A DNA stretch of 34,851 nucleotides from the NCBI GenBank assembly GCA_045616925.1, contig JAZLHQ010000199.1:1-34851 (forward strand), read 5' to 3'. Within the stretch, counting starts at the first letter, position 1; each line of letters starts with the position of its first letter. This document shows, piece by piece, positions 8,370 through 17,780 of the stretch. Below the pieces are notes generated by a model. It did not search any database. It saw nothing but the letters and a program-made list of their open reading frames with translations, and was not told where the DNA came from. The DNA is from Eubacteriales bacterium (GTDB lineage Bacteria; Bacillota; Clostridia; Oscillospirales; CAG-272). A program made the position numbers and the translations under genes.

Positions 8370-10193
8370 TTAGTCAATATTTCTGTTTTTTCCGTAGAAA
8401 ATATTGCCCGCTTCAAGATTTTTGCGGTAGGCACACGCCTTGCTGTATAATTGATTCTCGTGAAGGCAGCGCTTTGCATCGGAACATTCTTCGAATTTTC
8501 CGCAGCATCCGAACGGGGAAGCTTTGGAAACATAGGTGGCTATTGCGTATTTCGTACAATTCTCAACGTATTTTGTCAACGATGATGAATTTGCAGCATA
8601 CAAAACGTGCATATTGATATTATCCGACTGTAATTCCTTAATTTCTGCGTCTTCGGGCGCGTTTATGGCTTTATATTTGTCTTTCGCGACCAGCAATTCC
8701 AATTTGTCGCTGCTTTCTTTGATATTTAAGATGACGGAACTCTTTGACGAGTCTGCGGAAGATTTTGAAAACGGGCTGTCCGGCTCGCAAATACAAACGG
8801 AATAAGATGTGATTTTGCTTTTATCTTGCCCGTAATTCGTAATCAAGCAAAGTGAGTTTTGCGGCAGATTTTGCTCTTTCTCAATTTCGGTTAGTGAATT
8901 TTGGATCGCTGATTTCCAACAAGCGGATGAGGCAGCGGCGACACCCGTTTGGACGTTTTCTTCATCAATTACTTCCATAGCATTTACCATATCCATAAAA
9001 TTAGCCTCTTCAATAATTGTAATATTGGATCCTTTTTTCTGATATTCCATAGCTTTTTGGATTTTTCCTCCGTAATTGCCGGCTTTCCAAGCTTCGCTTC
9101 CTTTGGCACCGACAACAAGGTAGTCCGTAGTCTTTTTCACGCTTTCATCAATAGATCCTCCGTGAGAGATGATTATGCTTTCAACATCCCGTTTTTGCCC
9201 GTAATCAAATTCGCCGGTCAAACAAACGTGTTTTTCCATTAGCGTACAAATGCTTTGGTTGCAATGTTGACTCTTTACGGGGTCTATTATTTCAGAAAAG
9301 ATTTGTTTGATTTCATTGGTTTCATCATCGGAGATCACGCCGTCTTCAAATGCCTTGTCGAGAGTTTCGATTATTTGTTTGAACGGATACCGATCAGAAA
9401 GATATTTGTGCGATTTTTCCCATTGACGCACGGTATCGATCTCCTCGTTGCTCAATATGCCATCGCTCAAAAAGCCGCTCAACATCTCTTTCAGTTCGCG
9501 CAGGCAAATGGTATCTATGGAGTAGTGCGGCTCGGAGCAATAACAATCACTTGACGGCGCAAAAGCCGAGTCTCCGTATTTTGCATATAGAAAATCATAA
9601 CAAGCTTTGGTCGCGTAGCAATCCGACAATGCGCGGTGCGCGTCTGTATTAGTCACGCCGAAACACTCGCAAAGTGTTGAAAGTTTGTAATTTTCGAGCT
9701 CTTTGACCGATCTTCTTGCCGCGTGATACACATCTACATAATCGTTTGAAAAATGAATGTTTCTCAACGACAGCGCCGCGTCGTAAATGTAATTGACGTC
9801 AAACGACGAGTTATTATAACCGACGACAAGATCATTTCCGACAAAAGCGAGAAACTGGTCGATCACTTCGTCCAAAGTCGGAGCGTCTTTTACCATATCG
9901 TCCGTAATATGATTGATTCTTGTCGCTTCTTCAGGGATATGACATCTCGGATTGATAAGCGTCGAGAATTCGTCTACGACGTTGTTGTTTCTGACTTTTA
10001 TTGCGGAAATTTCGATAATTTCAGCTTGACAAACCCCGGTCGTTTCGAGGTCGAATAGGCAATAGTCGGAAACATATTTGCGGGCGTTTTTGCCTTTATA
10101 AGGCCTTGCCACATTAGTTTTAGACTCGTTGCTCATAGAAACGGAAACGTTTCCGCCTTTTTCGGCGCAGATAATGATAGAAAGACCCGGCAT
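8370..10193 (-). CDS. DEDDh (DnaQ/epsilon-like) 3'-5' exonuclease fused to a helical linker, a BRCT domain and a Cys-rich C-terminal domain
   Basis: 607 aa with GGAGG 7 nt upstream of the ATG at 10193. Exo I is FDLETTG, Exo II is GYNNSSFDVNYI and Exo III is HRALSDCYAT. The BRCT-like segment VCLTGEFDYGQKRDVESIIISHGGSIDESVKKTTDYLVVGAKGSEAWKAGNYGGKIQKA follows the LigA BRCT pattern. The C-terminus reads FGCCGKFEECSDAKRCLHENQLYSKACAYRKNLEAGNIFYG. The gene is about 40-45% GC against about 60% in both neighbours (sampled lines). Confidence 0.8.
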   Translation of the reverse strand: MPGLSIIICAEKGGNVSVSMSNESKTNVARPYKGKNARKYVSDYCLFDLETTGVCQAEIIEISAIKVRNNNVVDEFSTLINPRCHIPEEATRINHITDDMVKDAPTLDEVIDQFLAFVGNDLVVGYNNSSFDVNYIYDAALSLRNIHFSNDYVDVYHAARRSVKELENYKLSTLCECFGVTNTDAHRALSDCYATKACYDFLYAKYGDSAFAPSSDCYCSEPHYSIDTICLRELKEMLSGFLSDGILSNEEIDTVRQWEKSHKYLSDRYPFKQIIETLDKAFEDGVISDDETNEIKQIFSEIIDPVKSQHCNQSICTLMEKHVCLTGEFDYGQKRDVESIIISHGGSIDESVKKTTDYLVVGAKGSEAWKAGNYGGKIQKAMEYQKKGSNITIIEEANFMDMVNAMEVIDEENVQTGVAAASSACWKSAIQNSLTEIEKEQNLPQNSLCLITNYGQDKSKITSYSVCICEPDSPFSKSSADSSKSSVILNIKESSDKLELLVAKDKYKAINAPEDAEIKELQSDNINMHVLYAANSSSLTKYVENCTKYAIATYVSKASPFGCCGKFEECSDAKRCLHENQLYSKACAYRKNLEAGNIFYGKNRNID

Positions 10194-10256
10194 AAGTAAC
10201 CTCCGATAATTATTTTTATGTGTTGGCGTTCGGTAAAGGAGAGAATAGTATTTATT

Positions 10257-11009
10257 TCACTTTTTCCTCGCAAGCGTTGCCCAGAAGGTGGGGACGCCGT
10301 GCTCGTGCAGGTAGCCCTCGCCGTTCGTATCGTCAAAGACGTCGAGGATCTCAAAGCCCGCTTTGATCTGCCCCGCGATCTGCTCCCCGATGCCGTGCGA
10401 GAACTGCACGCCGCAGTCCTCGTCTTCGAGGATCTTCATCTGCTCGGGGTCCGTTAGCGGATCGAAAGGCAGTTTCCCCGTGATATGCTCTTCGTCGTCG
10501 CCCTCGAAAAGGTAGTTGATCCCGTTGTCAAGTCCCGCCATCAGGATCCCGCCCTTTTTGAGTACGCGCGCGCACTCGCGCCAGACGTGAAAAACGTCCT
10601 TGATATAGCAGTTCGACACGGGGTGGAAGATGAAATCGAAGCTTTCGTCCTCAAAGGGAAGAGGCTTCGTCATATCGGCGCGCACGGCGTTGATCGCGTA
10701 CCCCTCGCGCTTTGCAACGAGTATTTCGCTTTCGATCTGCCTTTCCGAATAGTCGAGCACCGTGCAGACGGCGCCGTGCGCCGCAAAGACGGGCATCTGC
10801 TGCCCGCCGCCGGAGGCAAGACCCAAAACGCGGCAGCCCTTGAGATCGGGAAACCAGTTTTCGGGTACGGGCTTCGTCGGGGTCAACAAGACCCGCAGCT
10901 TGCCCGCCTTTGCCTGTAAAAATTCTTCGTGGGAAAGGGGGATCCCCCATTCCCAGCCCTCGTCGACCCAGCGGTCGATCGTTTTCGCGTTGATTTCGGT
11001 GTAATCCAT
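10257..11009 (-). CDS. Class I SAM-dependent methyltransferase
   Basis: Start trimmed to MDYTEINAKTIDRW (ATG at 11007-11009), which removes overlap with the upstream gene. Motif I-like VLGLASGGGQQ is followed by the acidic VLDYS. 250 aa. Confidence 0.8.
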   Translation of the reverse strand: MDYTEINAKTIDRWVDEGWEWGIPLSHEEFLQAKAGKLRVLLTPTKPVPENWFPDLKGCRVLGLASGGGQQMPVFAAHGAVCTVLDYSERQIESEILVAKREGYAINAVRADMTKPLPFEDESFDFIFHPVSNCYIKDVFHVWRECARVLKKGGILMAGLDNGINYLFEGDDEEHITGKLPFDPLTDPEQMKILEDEDCGVQFSHGIGEQIAGQIKAGFEILDVFDDTNGEGYLHEHGVPTFWATLARKK

Positions 11010-11022
11010 ATTTTTTCCGATT

Positions 11023-13260
11023 TTATACGATTTTGCTCGTTTCTCCGCGCCTGAGCGCACAGACGACGCGTCTGCCGTCCGGCAGAACGAAGACCTGCTC
11101 AATGTCGGACGCCGCCTTGACCGAGGCGGCGGTCAGAATACCGTTTTCCCATTCAAGATCGAGAAGGTGTCCGCCGCGCACGCGAAGCCCCGTGATCCCG
11201 CCGCGTGCCCAGCGCTGCGGCAGCGCGGGCAGAAGACGGATCTCACCCGCGTGGCTGTGTACGAGCATTTCGAGCATCGCGGCGCCGATCGCCTGCGCGT
11301 CCGAGACCTGCGGCCAGCCGTGCGCGATGAGCATAAGGTTCGGCAGGAGCGTCTCATCCATCATACGGTCGATGACGGCAAGCGAATCGTCGCCTTCCGA
11401 GAGGCGCGCGTAGAGGCACGCGATCCAGCCGTAGCTCCAGCCCTGCCCGTGGTAGTTGTGGGAGAGACGGCGCGCAAGCGATATTTTCGCCGCCTCTTTG
11501 AGCGCGGGCGTTCCGTCGTTGATCTGTGTGCCGGGATAGACCGCGTAGAGGTGAGATACGTGCCTGTGACCGGGGTCGAATTCCTCAAAATCTTCGATCC
11601 ACTCGCGGATGCCGCCGTAGCGCTTGCTGATTTCGATCTCGGGCAGACGCTTTTCGGCGTCGCGCACCTGCGCAAGATATTTGCCCGCACAGCCCGATTT
11701 TCCGAGGCAATCCTCGTAGATCGAGAAGAGATCGCGGGTGATCTCGACGTCCATCGTCGCCGCGTACGAAAGCCACGCGGGATTTCCGTTTTTGTCGAGA
11801 TAGCGGTTTTCGGGCGAGTGCGAAGGGCAGGTGACGAGCTTGCCTTCGCCGGGGATCCCCTTGGGACATTCCACCAAAAAGTCGAGCAGGAAGCGCACGG
11901 CGCCCTCGATCAGCGGAAGGAGCGTTTCCTTCAGATATTTTTCGTCGGGATCACAGAGATAATGCTCGTAGAGCGTGCGGAGCATCCAGATGCCGCCGAA
12001 GGGCCAGATGCCCCATGCGCCGTCCATCGGCTCCGTGCAGCCGTAGATATCGGAGACGTGATGCAGGACCCACCCGCCCGCGTGATAATGGACGGCGGCG
12101 GTCTTCTCGCCGCGTTTTGCTGCCATTTTCATCCATCGGATGAGCGGTTCCACACATTCGGGCAGATTGAAGCCCTCCGCTGCCCAGTAGCTGATCTGCA
12201 GATTGACGTTCGGGTGGTAATCGCTGTTCCAGGGCGCGTTCATACTGCAGTTCCAAATGCCCTGCAGATTGGCGGGCACGCAGCCCGGACGGTTCGAGGA
12301 GATCAACAGATAGCGCAGCCACGCGAAGTACAATTCGCAGAACTGATCCCTCGCCAAAAGATCGGTCCGGCGCTTTTCGAGAAGCTCGGGAATCGTGCAG
12401 TCAATTTCCTGATCCGCGATGCGGAAAGTCTGTCTGCCCGTTTTTTCGCGGAATGCCCCGATATGGCGCGCGCGGAGCTCGTCATAGCCGATGTTTTCGA
12501 CTTTATCGAGCGTATTTCTGCACTTTTCAATGGGATCGCCGCCGTAATAATTCGTCGCGCCCGCGATACGGAGTTCGATCAGACGCGCGTTTTTGATGAT
12601 AATTTCCTTATCACGCGTGACGAGTTCGCCGTCGGTATAGACTCTGACCAAAGCGGCGAAATCGACGCCGCCGCCCTCGACGGTGCCAAAGAGGAAGATC
12701 GCATTGCCGTCTGCGGTGATCTTCACGTCCGACATTCTCCGGACGGAACAGATCGCGTCCTCCGTCACGCGCTCGTCGTCGACGACCCTGCGCCATACGA
12801 TGAGGTCGTCTGCCATATCGGCGAACGCCTCGACGGCGCTGCCCTTATATTCGCGTCTGTCGCCGCGGCGCGTGAAGGCCTGCGTGTAGACGCCGTCGTC
12901 GAGATCGAGCCGGCGCTCGTAATTGTCGAGGATCCCGTAGTGCTCCGCGTGAATCATGACGTCGCAGAGCGGCTGATAGCTCTTGATTTTGCCGGGTACG
13001 CCCAGCATATCCTTGGCGTATTCCTCCGTTTTTTCGGTATCGCCCGAAAAGATCGCTTCGCGGACTTTTCCAAGCGCTTCGTACGCCTTCGGATTCGTTC
13101 TGTCGACGTAATTGCCCGCCCACACGGTCGATTCGTTGATCTGAAGTACCTCGTCGGTCTTCCCGCCGAAGATCATCGCGCCGAGGCGGCCGTTGCCGAT
13201 CGGGAGCGCTTCGCCCCATTGCGAAGCGGGGGATGTGTAGATCATCTGATGCTTTTTCAT
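11023..13260 (-). CDS. Glycoside hydrolase family 95 (alpha-L-fucosidase/galactosidase type), no signal peptide
   Basis: 745 aa with GGAGG 6 nt upstream. The N-terminus SPASQWGEALPIGNGRLGAMIFGG...INESTVWAG is the hallmark GH95 opening. Confidence 0.9.
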   Translation of the reverse strand: MKKHQMIYTSPASQWGEALPIGNGRLGAMIFGGKTDEVLQINESTVWAGNYVDRTNPKAYEALGKVREAIFSGDTEKTEEYAKDMLGVPGKIKSYQPLCDVMIHAEHYGILDNYERRLDLDDGVYTQAFTRRGDRREYKGSAVEAFADMADDLIVWRRVVDDERVTEDAICSVRRMSDVKITADGNAIFLFGTVEGGGVDFAALVRVYTDGELVTRDKEIIIKNARLIELRIAGATNYYGGDPIEKCRNTLDKVENIGYDELRARHIGAFREKTGRQTFRIADQEIDCTIPELLEKRRTDLLARDQFCELYFAWLRYLLISSNRPGCVPANLQGIWNCSMNAPWNSDYHPNVNLQISYWAAEGFNLPECVEPLIRWMKMAAKRGEKTAAVHYHAGGWVLHHVSDIYGCTEPMDGAWGIWPFGGIWMLRTLYEHYLCDPDEKYLKETLLPLIEGAVRFLLDFLVECPKGIPGEGKLVTCPSHSPENRYLDKNGNPAWLSYAATMDVEITRDLFSIYEDCLGKSGCAGKYLAQVRDAEKRLPEIEISKRYGGIREWIEDFEEFDPGHRHVSHLYAVYPGTQINDGTPALKEAAKISLARRLSHNYHGQGWSYGWIACLYARLSEGDDSLAVIDRMMDETLLPNLMLIAHGWPQVSDAQAIGAAMLEMLVHSHAGEIRLLPALPQRWARGGITGLRVRGGHLLDLEWENGILTAASVKAASDIEQVFVLPDGRRVVCALRRGETSKIV

Positions 13261-13357
13261 ACGTTACCTCCGTTTCTTGTGCGGCAGAATAAGCAGCCGC
13301 GAATCATTTTTCGATCAATACTGCCGTCTCCACATATCCGGTGCGATAAGGTCGGTT

Positions 13358-14839
13358 TTACACCTCGAACGTGAGCATATTCCACGAATAAGGATTAAGA
13401 ACGACGTCCTTGCCGATCGCTTTCGTGATCGGCGCGACGCGTTCCTCGTCGGCGGTGTTCACCGCTTTCAGATCGTCGCATTCGAGCGCCGTGTGGCCGG
13501 TCAGCTTGAGATTTTCAAATCCCTCCGCCGCAAGATCGAGCGCAAAGGGATCGCTTGCGGAGCGGTTGACGGCGAAAACGGTCAGCGTTTTTCCGTCCTT
13601 CGACAGTACGGCGGACGCGTCCACGAAGGGGACGTCGCCGATCTTATCCGCCTCGTAGGTGTCCGACGCGCACGAAACGCGCAGGGCATTGCCGCGGCCG
13701 TTCTGCGAAGTGAGGAGGAACGGGTAGTAGATCGTCTGCGCCCACGCCCTGCCGCCGTTCTCGGTCATGATCGGCGCGATCACGTTCACGAGCTGCGCGA
13801 GGCACGCGATCTTGACGCGGTCCGAATGCTTCAAAAGCGTATTCAGAAGGCAGCCGACGAGAAGCGCGTCCTCGAACGTGTAGACGTCCTCGAGGAGCGG
13901 CGGCGCGACGGACCATTTCGGGACCTTTTTGTCCTTGTCGTGACTGTGGAACCAGACGTTCCACTCGTCGAAGGAGAGATAGATCGTCTTGTCGGATTTC
14001 TTTTCCGCTTTGATCTCGTCGCAGATCGCGGCGGTGGTCTCGATGAAACGATCCATTACGAGGGACTGCCCGAGGAACGCGGGCGTATCGTCGGCGGAAT
14101 TGCCGTAATAGCTGTGCAGGGAAAGGTAGTCGATCCTCTGGTAGCACTCGCGCAGAACGGTCCTTTCCCACGAGCCGAAGGTCTCCATCTGCGGGTTTGA
14201 GCTGCCGCAGGCGACGAGTTCGATCGACGGATCCGTCCATTTCATGACCTTGGCGGTCTCGAACGCCGCCCGCGCGTATTCCTCGGCGGTCTTGTGACCG
14301 ATCTGCCACGGACCGTCCATTTCGTTGCCGAGGCACCACGTTTTGATGCCGAATGGCTTGTCAAAGCCGTTTTGACGGCGCTTGTTCGCAAAATAAGTGT
14401 CGGTTTCGGAGTTGCAGTATTCGACGCGCGCCTGCGCTTCCTCCGCGCCGCGCGTGCCGAGATTGACCGCCATCATGACGGAGGAACCCGCGCGCCTTGC
14501 CCATTCCTGAAATTCGTCGATGCCGACTTCGTTGGTCTCTACGGACTTCCACGCGAGATCCATTCTGCGCGGGCGGAGTTCTTTGGGACCCGTGCCGTCC
14601 TCCCAGCGGTAGCCGGAGACGTAATTGCCGCCGGGATAGCGCACGATCGGAACGTTCAGGTCTTTGACGAGCTTCAGGACGTCGCGGCGGAAGCCGCAGT
14701 CGTCGGCATCGGGATGACCCGGCTCGTAGATTCCGCCGTAGACGGCGCGCCCCAGATGCTCGATGAACGCGCCGAACAGTCTCGGGTCGATCTCCGAAAT
14801 GGGATTTTTACGGTAAATTTTCAGTTTCGCGTGTTTCAT
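13358..14839 (-). CDS. abfA: Alpha-L-arabinofuranosidase, GH51, no signal peptide
   Basis: 493 aa. It has IDPRLFGAFIEHLGRAVYGGIY, RYPGGNYVSGYRWEDGTGP and WCLGNEMDGPWQIGH (the acid/base Glu context). Confidence 0.92.
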   Translation of the reverse strand: MKHAKLKIYRKNPISEIDPRLFGAFIEHLGRAVYGGIYEPGHPDADDCGFRRDVLKLVKDLNVPIVRYPGGNYVSGYRWEDGTGPKELRPRRMDLAWKSVETNEVGIDEFQEWARRAGSSVMMAVNLGTRGAEEAQARVEYCNSETDTYFANKRRQNGFDKPFGIKTWCLGNEMDGPWQIGHKTAEEYARAAFETAKVMKWTDPSIELVACGSSNPQMETFGSWERTVLRECYQRIDYLSLHSYYGNSADDTPAFLGQSLVMDRFIETTAAICDEIKAEKKSDKTIYLSFDEWNVWFHSHDKDKKVPKWSVAPPLLEDVYTFEDALLVGCLLNTLLKHSDRVKIACLAQLVNVIAPIMTENGGRAWAQTIYYPFLLTSQNGRGNALRVSCASDTYEADKIGDVPFVDASAVLSKDGKTLTVFAVNRSASDPFALDLAAEGFENLKLTGHTALECDDLKAVNTADEERVAPITKAIGKDVVLNPYSWNMLTFEV

Positions 14840-14872
14840 GATACGTCCTCTTTTCTTCGGAACGGATTCCGA

Positions 14873-16231
14873 TTATTTCAATTTTGTGACGAGGCAGACG
14901 CACTCCACGTGTCCCGTGCGGGGGAAGAGGTCGACGGGGTGCGGGGTGTGGACGCGATAACCGAGATCCGCGAAAGTGCGGCAGTCGCGCCCGAGCGTTT
15001 CCGCGCTGCACGAGATATAGACCACCCGAGGGATCTTCTTTTCGGCGATCTTTTCGATCAGATTTTTCTCAACGCCGCTCCTCGGTGGATCCACGACCAC
15101 CGTGTCGACGCCGTCGAGAATTTCGTCCGAGACGTTCGCGTCCGCGCAGAGAAATTCCGCCTCAAGCCCCGACAAACGCGCGTTTTCCTTCGCCATTTCG
15201 ACGGCGGGCGCGACGATCTCGACGCCTCTGAGCGTAAAATCAGAGCCTTTTTCGCGTGCGAATTTCTTCATCGAGAGTCCGACCGTGCCGACCCCGCAGA
15301 AGAGATCGAGCAGATTTTCCGTCCCCGAAACGAGCGCGAGCTCGGCGGCTTTTTTGTAGAGAACCTCCGCCATATCGTGATTGACCTGGTAGAACGAGAG
15401 CGCGTGAACGCGGAAATCAACGCCGCAGAGATTGTCCTCGATATAATCTTTTCCGTAAAGAACACGCAAGGTCTTGCCCGTGATGACGTTCGTTTTTTCC
15501 TTGTTGACGTTCAGAACGATGCTTTTGACGGCGGGGAAGCGCGAAACGATGTATTCGCAGAATTCCTTTTCGAAGGGAAGCTTGTCCGCGTTGACGACGG
15601 GCATCAGTAAAATCTGCCCGCTCACCTTGCCGATCCGGAGGCACAAATGCCGCAAGATCCCTTTGCCCGTTTCTTCGTCGTAAACGGAGACGCCGCGCGC
15701 CCTGAAAAACGCAGAGGCGGCGTTCGCGACGGGCGAGAGGCGCTCGTCCTGCAGAAGACAGCCGTTTTCGCCCTCGGACTCAAACGGAACGACGCGGTGA
15801 GAGCGGCTCGCAAAGCATCCGATCCGCCCGTCTGGCGCGAAGGGATACTGGACTTTGTTGCGGTAGTGATCGGGAGATCCCGAAAGCACCGGCGGGATCG
15901 AAACCGTGAATCCGTGCTTACGGAAAACGTTCTCGACGTAAGAGCGCTTGAGCTCAAGCTCGTGCTCGTAAGAAATATGGCGGTAGACGCAGCCGCCGCA
16001 GTTTTTGAAAACGGAGCAGTCGGGGTCGACTCTGAAAGCCGACGGCTCGATCGTGTTTTCGATGCGCGCAACGCAGAAATCGCTGCCGATTTTGATGATC
16101 TTCGCTTCGACGACGTCGCCGTCCGCGGCGCCCGAAACGAACACGACCTGCCCGCTATCAAGGCGCGCAACGCCCATGCCGAGGTTGTTGAGGTCGGTGA
16201 CTTTCAACGTGACAAGGTCATTTTTCCGCAT
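14873..16231 (-). CDS. rlmD: 23S rRNA (uracil-5)-methyltransferase RumA/RlmD family
   Basis: 452 aa with an N-terminal TRAM domain, the Fe-S cysteine cluster C..x..CGGC, SAM motif DLFCGVGTVG and the C-terminal catalytic Cys context YISCS. Confidence 0.9.
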   Translation of the reverse strand: MRKNDLVTLKVTDLNNLGMGVARLDSGQVVFVSGAADGDVVEAKIIKIGSDFCVARIENTIEPSAFRVDPDCSVFKNCGGCVYRHISYEHELELKRSYVENVFRKHGFTVSIPPVLSGSPDHYRNKVQYPFAPDGRIGCFASRSHRVVPFESEGENGCLLQDERLSPVANAASAFFRARGVSVYDEETGKGILRHLCLRIGKVSGQILLMPVVNADKLPFEKEFCEYIVSRFPAVKSIVLNVNKEKTNVITGKTLRVLYGKDYIEDNLCGVDFRVHALSFYQVNHDMAEVLYKKAAELALVSGTENLLDLFCGVGTVGLSMKKFAREKGSDFTLRGVEIVAPAVEMAKENARLSGLEAEFLCADANVSDEILDGVDTVVVDPPRSGVEKNLIEKIAEKKIPRVVYISCSAETLGRDCRTFADLGYRVHTPHPVDLFPRTGHVECVCLVTKLK

Positions 16232-16811
16232 TTTTCTTTGCCTTTCTGATGATGTCTTTGATCGTGATCGGGTGCGCGTCGAAGAATTTCTCCGCCTTCG
16301 GCAGCAAAAACAGATTGTAAAGAAGACTGATCGTGAAGCCGACGAGCGCGCCCGCGATGACGTCCGTCAAGAAATGGAGATAGCAGTACATTCTCGAAAA
16401 CGCGATCAGAATGGCGAGGGGAATCATCACGAAGCCGAATTTCTTGTTCGCTTTCGTCATATTGAAGGCGGAGATCGTCGCCGCCTGCGCGTGACACGAA
16501 GGGAAGGAATAATCCTTCGGGACTTTGACGAGCAGGGGAAAATCGGGATTCAGCCAGCAGGGGCGCGGACGCGCGACCGTGAATTTGAGCAGAAGATTGC
16601 CGATCAGAATGCCCGTCAGGAGCGACAGGAGCATAACGAAGCCGTTCTTGCGGTATTTCGGCAGCAAAAAGAGCAGAACGCCGAGAGATACCCACAAAAC
16701 GCCGTTCCCGACGACGCCGAGGGCGGGCATCAGAAAATCAAAAAATCCGCAGCCGAGATGCCCGGCGATCCAGTCGAGTATCCGCAGTTCGCAATTAGAA
16801 AGCGCTTCCAT
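16218..16811 (-). CDS. PAP2 family phosphatase (undecaprenyl-diphosphate/phosphatidic acid phosphatase type)
   Basis: 197-aa polytopic protein with PAP2 motifs KFTVARPRP, FPSCHA and SRMYCYLHFLTDV. It overlaps rlmD by 14 nt. Confidence 0.85.
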   Translation of the reverse strand: MEALSNCELRILDWIAGHLGCGFFDFLMPALGVVGNGVLWVSLGVLLFLLPKYRKNGFVMLLSLLTGILIGNLLLKFTVARPRPCWLNPDFPLLVKVPKDYSFPSCHAQAATISAFNMTKANKKFGFVMIPLAILIAFSRMYCYLHFLTDVIAGALVGFTISLLYNLFLLPKAEKFFDAHPITIKDIIRKAKKNAEK

Positions 16812-16868
16812 ATTTTATTAAAATCCTCTCCGTTTTTTACGAAATAGTACAAACCGGGCAAAATCCGG

Positions 16869-16897
16869 TTGACATTTCCGATAATTTATATTATTAT
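16869..16897 (+). promoter_or_regulatory. Candidate sigma-A promoter for the GH16 gene (and probably the first repeat lipoprotein gene)
   Basis: TTGACA at 16869-16874, a 17-nt spacer, then TATTAT at 16892-16897. It lies about 45 nt upstream of the ATG. Confidence 0.5.
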
Positions 16898-16940
16898 AGC
16901 AGAAAAGGGATATTTCGTCAAGAATAAAGGAGAAACTCAA

Positions 16941-17756
16941 ATGAAAATATACGACGTTGAGAAGCACGAACCGAGCTTTTTGCCGGACGGCGAATGGGAC
17001 CTCGTTTTCGCGGACGAATTCGACGGAAACACGCTCGACAGAACGAAATGGGACTACCGCCTCTCGATGATGGGCAAGGTGCATCCCGCGTGGACGGACG
17101 AGGGCGTCAGACTCGACGGCAAGGGCAACTGCGTCTTCGAACTTATCGAAAAAGACGGGATGCCCGTCAGCTCGCAGCTCCAGACCGGCTACAATTTTAT
17201 GGATCAGCCGCTCGTCAGAACCACCTTCGAGAAGGACGATCTGCAGTGGACGATCGGAAAACTGCACGAAAATCTTTACACGCACACCTACGGCTACTAC
17301 GAATGCCGCTGCAGACTCCAGCAGAAGGAAGGCTGGTGGACGGCGTTCTGGATCCAGTCGCCGATCATCGGCGCATCGCTCGATCCCGCCGAAAGCGGCT
17401 CCGAGCTCGACGTCATGGAGAGTTTTCATCCCGGCGTCGTCTCCCCGCACAACGCCTTTTCGGGCGGATACGGACTTGACAAAAAGAGGATCAAGGTCGG
17501 CGGCGTCACGGTAAACGAGAAGGAATTCCACCGCTTTGGGATCCTCTGGGACGAAACGGGCTACACGTTCTACGTTGACGGAAAAGAGGACGGTAAGATC
17601 ACCGATCTCGTCTCCCGCCGCCCCGAATTCATTCTGATCACGACGGAGCCGAGAGGCTACCGCATGGAGCAGCACTACCCGACCGAGGAAGCTTTCGCGG
17701 CGATCGGCGACACCTTCGTCGTCGATTACGTGCGCGTCTTCGACAAACGCGCCTGA
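16941..17756 (+). CDS. Glycoside hydrolase family 16 (beta-glucanase/laminarinase-like), no signal peptide
   Basis: Start trimmed to MKIYDVEKHE with AAAGGAGAA upstream. It has DEFDGNTLDRTKWDY and the catalytic E-x-D-x-x-E motif (SELDVME). 271 aa. Confidence 0.88.
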   Translation: MKIYDVEKHEPSFLPDGEWDLVFADEFDGNTLDRTKWDYRLSMMGKVHPAWTDEGVRLDGKGNCVFELIEKDGMPVSSQLQTGYNFMDQPLVRTTFEKDDLQWTIGKLHENLYTHTYGYYECRCRLQQKEGWWTAFWIQSPIIGASLDPAESGSELDVMESFHPGVVSPHNAFSGGYGLDKKRIKVGGVTVNEKEFHRFGILWDETGYTFYVDGKEDGKITDLVSRRPEFILITTEPRGYRMEQHYPTEEAFAAIGDTFVVDYVRVFDKRA

Positions 17757-17780
17757 CAAATCTGATTAAGGGGAAATTTT

